A stretch of DNA of 8,563 nt, from contig NW_021828369.1 of the NCBI RefSeq assembly GCF_006345805.1, positions 1 to 8,563 of the forward strand. Reading direction: 5' to 3'. The notes under the pieces are model-generated. The model ran no database searches. It was not told where the DNA came from and worked only from the letters and a program-made list of their open reading frames with translations. The DNA comes from Octopus sinensis. Its lineage: Eukaryota. Within the stretch, counting starts at the first letter, position 1. Each line of letters opens with the position of its first letter. The position numbers and the translations under genes are program-made. This document shows, one piece after another, positions 1 through 6,852 of the stretch.

Positions 1-43
1 TATATATCATACCTATATATATATATATTATATATATATAATA

Positions 44-85
<42 letters not shown>

Positions 86-113
86 CATCTACATATATAT
101 ATATATATATATA

Positions 114-180
<67 letters not shown>
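1..180. repeat. (TA)n microsatellite
   Basis: Near-pure TA dinucleotide run with few interruptions. Confidence 0.98.
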
Positions 181-181
<1 letters not shown>

Positions 182-360
182 TTGCGAATTTCATCGGTTT
201 TACGTTCTCAGTTCAATTCTGTCGCAGTTGTTTAAAGTCTATGCTTTTCCTCCTTTGGGGTCCATCAATCATACCTGTTGAGTATTGGAGTCGATGTAAT
301 CAACTAGCCACCCCACCTCCCCTACAATTTCAGTTCTTGTGCCTATAGTACAAAAACTTA
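181..360 (+). mobile_element. tRNA-derived SINE family A, 5'-truncated degenerate copy 1
   Basis: Shares blocks with copies 2-6: ttacgttctcagttcaa (B-box-like), cctttggggtc, gtcgatgtaatcaact, 3' ttgtgcctatagta. Confidence 0.75.
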
Positions 361-728
361 TTTACTAAACAATCAGAGAAGCTCTTTGAACACAGAACGT
401 GCTGATTCACAGCTCAAACTTACAAACCACAACCTAACTTTCGCGATCTTTATCGCACCCACCAAACCCACTTTTCTTATTAAAAAGCTAATTCAGGCAA
501 TTGAGGTCAGTTTGCATTTATAGGTTCTTAGTCCTTTTCTCATTTAACTTGTATTAGTAATTGGTTAATTAGTTATGTTTTCTAATTCAATATTCCATTA
601 ATTTGTCTGATGTGGAATGGAAATTTAATCAACTTCTATTACAAGGGGTACATCCAGTAAAAAAGTGTGAAATGTCCTGCTGTGAATACATGAAGTTCAC
701 TCTGTGCAGCCATTATGGATAAGAACAT

Positions 729-930
729 GGCGGCAAACGGGCAGAATCGTCAACGCGCCGGATAAATTGATTTTTGCTCTAAGTTCAAATTCTGCCAAGG
801 TCGATTTTGCGCTTCATTCTTTCAGGGCCGATAAATTAAGTACTAGTTCAGCAATGAGGTAGCTGTATTTAATTACTCCTCTAGCCACGAAAATGTCAAG
901 CCTTGTGTTTATAGTAGAAAGGAATATTAT
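729..930 (+). mobile_element. tRNA-derived SINE family A, copy 2
   Basis: Head ggcggcaaacgggcagaatcg (A-box-like), aagttcaaattc (B-box-like), ggtcgattttgc...gataaattaagtac, tail ccttgtgtttatagtagaaaggaatattat. Confidence 0.85.
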
Positions 931-944
931 AGATAAGAAAAAAA

Positions 945-1159
945 GCAGTGAACTGGTTGAGTCGTTGGCCCGCCAGATAAAATGCTTAGCCGCATTTCGT
1001 CTTTACGTTTTGAGTTCAAACCCCGCCGAGGTCGACTTTGCCTTTCATCCTTTCAGGGTCGATGCATAAGTACCGGTTGAGAACAGGGGCCAATGTAATC
1101 GACTAACACCCTCACATCGAAATTTCAGGTATTGTGCCTGTTAGTAGAAAAGATAATTA
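945..1159 (+). mobile_element. tRNA-derived SINE family A, copy 3 (best preserved)
   Basis: gagttcaaaccc B-box at 1012-1023, gaggtcgactttgcctttcatcctttcagggtcgat, gtaatcgact, tail ttgtgcctgttagtagaaaagataatta. Confidence 0.9.
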
Positions 1160-1424
1160 ATAAAAAATAAATGCGCCCTTTTTAAAGGGTCGTAGCCAGG
1201 CTCATGGGCCCGGTTTCCCAGTTTCCATGGCATATGTGTTCCCAAGCTGGATGGGATGCCAGTCCATCGCAGCGTTACTCATTTTTACTAGCTGAGTGGA
1301 CTGGAGAAACGTGAAATGAAGTGTTTTGCTCAAGAACATAAACGCATCGCCCGGTCCAGGAATCGAAACCACAATCTTACGATCATGATGCTGACACCTT
1401 AACCACTAAGCCACGCGCCTCCAC
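1160..1424 (-). mobile_element. tRNA-derived SINE family C, full length, with CORE/V-like central domains and 14-bp TSD
   Basis: Minus strand: A-box TGGCTTAGTGG (1413-1403), B-box GTTTCGATTCC (1369-1359), ttgagcaaaacacttcatttc, ctccagtccactcagct, gcgatggactggcatcccatccag. Flanked by direct repeat agaaaagataatta at 1146-1159 and 1425-1438. Domain naming is from recalled resemblance only. Confidence 0.9.
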
Positions 1425-1450
1425 AGAAAAGATAATTACTGACGAGAAAA

Positions 1451-1566
1451 GGATAGTAAACGGGTAGAATCGTTAGCACCCTGAATAAAATGCATAGTGA
1501 TACTTCTTCTGATCCTCTACGTTCTGAGTTCAAATTCCACCGAGGTCGACTCTGCCATTTATCCTT
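1451..1566 (+). mobile_element. SINE family A copy 4, 3'-truncated
   Basis: gggtagaatcgttagcac...tacgttctgagttcaaattccaccgaggtcgactctgcc, then stops at tatcctt. Confidence 0.85.
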
Positions 1567-1759
1567 CAGAATCGTTAGTACACTGGATGAAAATGCGTAG
1601 TTGCATTTTACTTTTTGACATTAGATTCCGCTGAAGTCAGCTTTGTTTTTCATCCTTCAAAGTCGATGTAATTAAATACCAGTAAGATATTGCAGTCGAT
1701 GTAATTAACCATCCTCCTATCCTAAGATTGCTGGCCTTGTGCCAAAATTTGAAACAATT
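1567..1759 (+). mobile_element. SINE family A copy 5, lacking first ~15 nt and fused to copy 4
   Basis: Restarts at cagaatcgttagtac; contains ttcatccttc, gtcgatgtaatt twice, tail ccttgtgccaaaatttgaaacaatt. Confidence 0.8.
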
Positions 1760-1775
1760 GCTACAGGGAAGAAAA

Positions 1776-2000
1776 GGTAGCGAGGTGACAGAGTCTGTAG
1801 AACGTCGGACAAATGTTCTGTGGTATTTCTTCTGGCTTTTTACTTTCTGAGTTCAAATCTCGTTGAGGTTAACTTTACCTTTCATTCCCCCCGAGATCGA
1901 TAAAACAGTGTACCCGTCTACAACTGCGATGGAGCGATATAATCAACTAATTCGCCTCTCATCAAAATTGCGGTGTTTGTGTCTTAATTAAAAGCAATTA
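1776..2000 (+). mobile_element. SINE family A copy 6
   Basis: ggtagcgaggtgacagagtc head, ttctgagttcaaatc B-box, gaggttaactttacctttcatt, gatcgataaaa, tail tttgtgtcttaattaaaagcaatta. Confidence 0.8.
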
Positions 2001-2498
2001 CTTCTTGCTGTGGTGACGAAAATCTGTTTTCTCTTTCGTTAGGTCCGCAGGTATTGCATTTCTGGAAATAGCACCTGTTAATTCCGTCCCTCGTTGATTT
2101 CTTACCCTTGAAATTAGACCTTTTGTGCGTGTGTGATGAAAGTCATAAGCAGACATTCTATCTTTGAGACGTGACAACCGTCTTAAATAACCATTTTGTC
2201 CCTGTAACACGATCCTCTTTCCGTTTTGGTGAGATTTGAAAAGCGGTCTCCAAAAAAAAAAAAATTCTTCTTTGCCTTGTATTTAAGGCAATTAATTTAA
2301 GTAAAAACACTTGCCAATTTTACAGTGTCCCCTCTACTTGTTGTGGGAAGCTCTCTCCCTAGCTACAGCAAAATGGGACGCTACATTGCTGTTTTTCTAC
2401 TGAAAATAAGTTCAAGAATGGTTTGGGGATTCGAACCATGATCGTGTCAGTCCGTAGACGGGTATATCATAAATAAGATAAATGAAGGATGGCATACC

Positions 2499-2685
2499 AT
2501 TTCTTATTTCTTTCCTTCTACTTGTTTCAGTCATTGGACTGCGGCCATGCTGGTGCATCGCCTTGAAGGATTCAGTCAAAACAAACCAGCTTCAATAATT
2601 ATTATTTTTATAGTCTGGCACTTATTCTATCGGTCACTTTAGCCAAACCGTGAAGCTATGGGGACGCAAACAAACCAACACTGGT
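2499..2685 (-). mobile_element. Bipartite tRNA-derived SINE family B, 3' half
   Basis: Plus-strand acttgtttcagtcattggactgcggccatgctggtgcatcgcc...cacttattctatcggtc...ggggacgcaaacaaaccaacactgg matches my recollection of the reverse of the 3' half of an abundant octopus SINE; its minus-strand gatagaataagt motif parallels gataaattaagta in family A. Confidence 0.75.
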
Positions 2686-2919
2686 GTATATATATATATA
2701 CACATGTATTAGAATTTTCTCTGATTTTTCAGATTTCTGTATGCTAGGCTACTGATTTTAAATTGATATTAATTAAATTAATATTCAATTTATCTCCCTC
2801 ATTATTTAAATGTTTATATATATGGTGTTATATAATATATATATTATATTATATATATATATTATATATATATATACACATACATACACACACACCACAC
2901 ACAACACACACACACCACA

Positions 2920-2960
<41 letters not shown>
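2686..2960. repeat. (TA)n, AT-rich and (CA)n microsatellite tract internal to SINE B
   Basis: TA runs 2686-2701 and 2814-2876, CA run 2877-2960; source of the H/T/Y/I-rich ORFs. Confidence 0.95.
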
Positions 2961-2961
<1 letters not shown>

Positions 2962-3175
2962 GCAGATGCTGAAAAGTTCCTGGCTTTGGGTAAAAGAAAA
3001 TACAGGAGGTTCAGTTAATTATGATTTTATTCAACATATTCCCCTCTCAGATTCACACGCTTGTTGCAGCGGCCCTTAAGTTTTTCTAAGCCCTGTAAAA
3101 GAACTTGGAAGATTGGGCCTCGAACGAGGTCTCACGTGATAGCCTTAAAGCCAGGAACTTTTCAGCGCCCCCTCG
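2959..3175 (-). mobile_element. Mariner-derived MITE / internally deleted element (~217 bp)
   Basis: Perfect 20-bp inverted repeat gctgaaaagttcctggcttt (2968-2987) / aaagccaggaacttttcagc (3147-3166); right end ...ccccctcg|TA; left outer end aligns without gaps but is decayed; contains a transposase C-terminal relic. Confidence 0.9.
3027..3124 (-). pseudogene. Mariner transposase C-terminal remnant (33 codons including stop, one 1-nt frameshift)
   Basis: Manual translation FEAQSSKFF/LQGLEKLKGRCNKRVNLRGEYVE* fits the mariner C-terminal pattern GIxKLxxRWxKCIxxxGxYVE*. Confidence 0.85.
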
Positions 3176-3354
3176 TATATATGATCAGCTTCTTTTAATT
3201 TCCATCCACCAAATTCACTGACAAGGAATTGATCAGCCCGGAGCTATAGCAGGTGACACATGTCTACGGTTCAATCCTTCCGCGCAGTAGGACTGATCGT
3301 GAAATTTCATGGTTCCTTAGCGAGCGCCTTAACCGCACAGCCATCCTTCCACCT
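3176..3354 (-). mobile_element. Bipartite tRNA-derived SINE family B, 5' half
   Basis: Minus strand aggtggaaggaTGGCTGTGCGGttaagg (A-box, 3343-3333), degenerate B-box cgatcagtcc, then ctgctatagctccgggctgatcaattccttgtcagtgaatttggtggatggaaattaaaagaagc leading into TA; same strand as and collinear with the 3' half. Confidence 0.75.
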
Positions 3355-3393
3355 AAGAGCAATTAACTTGCTGAAACTTTTGTATTTCCATTT

Positions 3394-3457
3394 GGCGCAT
3401 GCGTGGCTCTGTGGTTAAATTTTTTTCTTTTGCAAACCCCATGGTTCCGAGTTCAAA
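3394..3457 (+). mobile_element. Isolated degenerate SINE family B tRNA-like head
   Basis: ggcgcatgcgTGGCTCTGTGGtta (A-box) ... catggttccgaGTTCAAAC (B-box); no downstream body. Confidence 0.55.
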
Positions 3458-3685
3458 CAAACATAGTTTCACTCCCTAGCAGATGCAACACAAAGATATC
3501 ACATTTGTTTTTTTGTTTGTGTGTATTCGTCTATTTGATAGAATTGGTGACTGAGAGTTTCCTTATCCATTTGGCGTCTTGGCCAAAGAATTTTTTTCAA
3601 TCTTTTTGCAGGCTTAGGAATTTATCCATATCACATTACAGGATATATTTTGGTTTTGTTCCTCGTAATCTTTTCAGTGTGTTTG

Positions 3686-3779
3686 TGAGAGAGAAATAGA
3701 TAGAAAGAGAGAGAGAGAGAGAGAGAGGGATGGAAGAGAGACAAGAGAGAGAGGGAGAGAGAGAGAGAGAGAGAGAGAG
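3686..3779. repeat. (GA)n microsatellite
   Basis: Interrupted GA dinucleotide run. Confidence 0.97.
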
Positions 3780-3876
3780 CGAAAGAATTGGCAATTTATT
3801 GGTCTTTAGCAGCTGTGCAAGATTCCTTGCCTCTTAGCTTTAAACTCCTTCTGCATCGCCATAGCTTCAGTTGTGG

Positions 3877-3982
3877 CGTGTGTGTGTGTGTGTGTACGTC
3901 TATAAGTACGTATGTATGTATATATGTGTGTGTGTGTGTGTGTGTATGAATATATGTATGTATGTACACATGTGTGTGTGTA
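3877..3982. repeat. (TG)n/(TATG)n compound microsatellite
   Basis: Direct reading. Confidence 0.95.
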
Positions 3983-4223
3983 TAATCTAAACGATATAGG
4001 TAAGACATGTAGCTGTTCACACCGAGGTTCACCTACACCAGTGTTAATGTTCACAGACGCTAGTGTTCACTCAGAGCTGTTCGCAATCATTGCCGTACGC
4101 ATACATCCACCCATGCCCTTCGCACAGCAACGAACACCATTTTTCTATTAACCAGAGAAACACAAAATGATTTATCATAAACGACGGAGATACGTTACAC
4201 AATAACTATTTAGATCTTTAATT

Positions 4224-4320
4224 GTTTTAAGTTCAAACCCCACAAAAGTCACTTTGCATCTAATGGTTCTTCCACAGCCAATAACATAATTACCAGTAAG
4301 CTACCCGAACTAATACGATT
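4224..4320 (+). mobile_element. Highly degenerate SINE family A central fragment
   Basis: ttttaagttcaaaccccacaaaagtcactttgc...ataacataattaccagtaag parallels gagttcaaaccccgccgaggtcgactttgc...ataagtaccggttgag of copy 3. Confidence 0.55.
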
Positions 4321-5183
4321 CAAAAATATTTTAGCAAACCTGAAAATTACTCAATATTTTTTGCTTTATTCCAAATGACAGATTGGCCAGGGAAATGTTA
4401 CGAAAATTAGCGCCACGCTCTTTTACGTTTTTTTTTTTTTTTAACTTTTCATATTTTATCTTTATTTATTTATTTGCTGTCACTTTGCAACAAAGCTATG
4501 GAAGAATCTCAATTCTTTCGTTTTGAAATGACGATCACATCTCAGAATCTACAGAATCTAATCCCCATTAACCCATTTTTCATAATGGTTTTGAAGAATG
4601 TCGTCTGCCAAATTTGTCACGGCTATGGTGCAAGGTTGCAACAAAAATCGATAGATGGACAGATAATTGAGGTATTCTTTGTGAAAAGGTTGTAATTAAG
4701 CAGATATTTGCTCATTCCTGGAATTCCTCAAACAATTCAAACATTCCTTTGGGGAAGAAGAGAGAACTGTTCTTTGTGAAGCCACAGAGATACCAAAAAG
4801 GTAAAGCAAAGCAAAGGGGGAAACTATATACGATTGTGTATTATAGATCTACTTGATCACGGCTGACCTAGGGTTAAATAACAACCACAAGAGAAAATTG
4901 CGTCACAGGGGAGATCTACAAGTTCTTCCATTCCTATTTGGAAAGGACAAGTTCAGAATTATTTCGAGGAAATAATCTAAGTTTTATGGTAAGAAAGAAA
5001 ATTCCTCGACAGCCACGGTCATATAACTGAACTAGTTACTACGGACCCGTAGAACATCCACGGGTAATAAATCTTCAATTTTGTAGATAATTACTTGCAG
5101 CAATCTGCATTGAAAGGGATCAATTGAATGAAGTACATGTTCCCACTTACCATTAAATAAATAATAAAATTTACATGCAAACA

Positions 5184-5228
5184 TGTATACATATACATAT
5201 ATATACATGTGTGCGTGTGTGTGTGTGG

Positions 5229-5323
<95 letters not shown>

Positions 5324-5330
5324 CTATATA
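5184..5330. repeat. (TA)/(TG) then (TATC)n microsatellite
   Basis: TATC tetramer array 5228-5330. Confidence 0.97.
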
Positions 5331-5443
5331 TCTTCATAAGAATTTATCAAGCGGTTAGCGTGAAAAACCTCATACGAGAAAAAATCCACCAATTTTTTCA
5401 CTTAAATATATTTCTTTATATCATATAGAGGGCATTATTACAC

Positions 5444-5788
5444 ATAAATGCCACACGCTAGGAGGGACTCTTAAAGTCTAAACTACTAAAATAAATAAAC
5501 ATATCGCATCGAATACAAACTCTCGAAGCCAGACATTTAAAAACAGAATTTAGCTTTATATCACCTGTGATTTCGTAATCAGTACAGTATTTTGTACTCT
5601 TTACTCCTCAGTACAAGCATAATTCAAGATTTATAATGAATGGACAAAATCACCATACCAGACGAACAACTGTCGTATCCACCGAAGTATTTAGAAACTG
5701 TTCACCCGAGAGTTTGCATTCGGTGCGATATGTTTGTTTATTTTAGTAGTTTTGACTTTAAGAGTCCCTCCTAGCGTGTGGCATTTAT
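5444..5788. mobile_element. Fold-back element / MITE with 82-bp terminal inverted repeats
   Basis: 5444-5525 vs reverse complement of 5707-5788: 78/82 identical, no gaps; 181-bp non-coding spacer; TA at both ends. Confidence 0.85.
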
Positions 5789-5837
5789 ATATATATATAT
5801 ATGTAGGTAGGTAGGTAGGTAGGTAGGTAGGTAGTAG
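5789..5837. repeat. (TA)n and (GTAG)n microsatellite
   Basis: Direct reading. Confidence 0.95.
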
Positions 5838-5941
5838 GTCTGCGTGTATGTATATGTATATATTCAAATATGAATTAGAGGCAGCGCGGGTGCTGTAAAC
5901 ATTATCGAACACACATACATTGCGTATGTGTGTTCGGTAAT

Positions 5942-6110
5942 ATAGATAGATAGATAGATAAGTCGATAGATAGATAGATAGATAGAATAGATAGATAGAT
6001 AGATAAGTAACAGCAGACAGACAGACCAGAACAGACAGATAGATAGAATAGATAGATAGATAGATAGATAGGATGATAGATAGATAGATTAGATAGATAG
6101 ATAATATATA

Positions 6111-6146
<36 letters not shown>

Positions 6147-6180
6147 GTAGATAGATGGATAGACAGACAGACGGACGGAC
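5942..6180. repeat. (GATA)n array grading to (GACA)n and (GACG)n
   Basis: Direct reading; source of the YLSI-repeat ORF 5691..6278. Confidence 0.97.
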
Positions 6181-6242
6181 TTAGACGTATGCGTTGGTAT
6201 AAGCAGGAAAATAGAAATCAAAACATGAGTATATATATTTTC

Positions 6243-6381
6243 ATTGTTAATCGGCAGAAGTGTTACAAACTGACTCAAAGCCCAAGAGTCTGTCTATTGG
6301 CACTTGTGTATGTTGGTAAGTGCCAGTGTACGAAACTCTCGTCCTTTGTGTCTCTTTATAATACTTCTGCCGATTAATAAT
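6243..6381. mobile_element. ~140-bp palindromic element (probable MITE or hairpin RNA locus)
   Basis: Perfect 15-bp inverted repeat ttaatcggcagaagt (6247-6261)/acttctgccgattaa (6363-6377); imperfect pairing continues inward to tggcactt/aagtgcca around a 12-nt loop (6306-6317). Confidence 0.7.
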
Positions 6382-6386
6382 AAGAA

Positions 6387-6420
6387 ATACACACACACAC
6401 ACACATACATACATATATAT
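6387..6420. repeat. (CA)n/(TACA)/(TA)n microsatellite
   Basis: Direct reading. Confidence 0.95.
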
Positions 6421-6852
6421 AGGATTTTCAGAGGGATAGCAAATGACATCAATTGGTATATCCTTATTTTCTGTTTTTCTTTATTCTTCCGTTCTGATGA
6501 AGTTCCACTATTTACGTTGGTATAATTATTAACAGCGATAATCATCATTATTATAATAATTAACCTTGATTATGCCCCCAAAAAGCGCGAACAGAAACAG
6601 CTGTTAGATGAGATATTGTCCTTTTTTTGTAATCATTAAAATATATTGATGATTAGATGAGTTATCAATTTTATCTCCATTTTCTTATTTTTTCCTTAAA
6701 TATAGATAAAATTCTGTTTATATTCCTTTCCTATTTTCATTCATGAGCATTAATGCTAATACTCATAATCACATATAGGTAATATACCAGTAATTTATTG
6801 GATATAGTATCCCTTAGCTTAGACAGTTTTATAACCTATATATATATATATA

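Noticed and set aside
591-723. Plus-strand frame containing SDVEWKF, reminiscent of the TRPC TRP-box (DVEWKFAR)
   Set aside because: Six-residue match only; flanks do not resemble S6 or TRP-domain sequence and the frame is under 50 codons.
2425-2460. Minus-strand GGTTCGAATCCCC, a perfect tRNA T-arm/B-box
   Set aside because: No A-box or cloverleaf; at most a SINE-head relic too decayed to delimit.
2759-2792. 34-bp imperfect AT-rich palindrome
   Set aside because: Almost entirely A/T; expected by chance at this composition.
2763-3079. ORFs rich in H/T/Y/I (also 3796-4151, 5183-5428, 5691-6278, 6294-6548, 7188-7457)
   Set aside because: Translations of (CA)n, (TA)n and (TATC)n microsatellites, which lack stop codons in some frames.
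3990-4005. Strong donor TAG|GTAAGA (and minus-strand ATG|GTAAGT near 5151)
   Set aside because: Upstream sequence is microsatellite or AT-rich with no acceptor or credible exon.
4543-4560. 9-bp tandem duplication cagaatcta x2
   Set aside because: Ordinary slippage event; removing it does not restore a recognisable ORF.
6160-6205. Minus-strand ttatacc... followed by (GTCC/GTCT)n, resembling DINE-1/Helentron 5' regions
   Set aside because: No subterminal inverted repeat; explained by stepwise GATA to GACA to GACG microsatellite mutation.
6294-6317. TATTGGCACTTGTG similar to miR-96/miR-92 family 5' ends
   Set aside because: A 22-mer starting there would span the hairpin loop, which is incompatible with pre-miRNA geometry, and its 3' half diverges.
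6494-6520. CTGATGAAG, a canonical first half of a hammerhead core on the plus strand
   Set aside because: No stem II and no downstream GAAA; at best a fully decayed motif.
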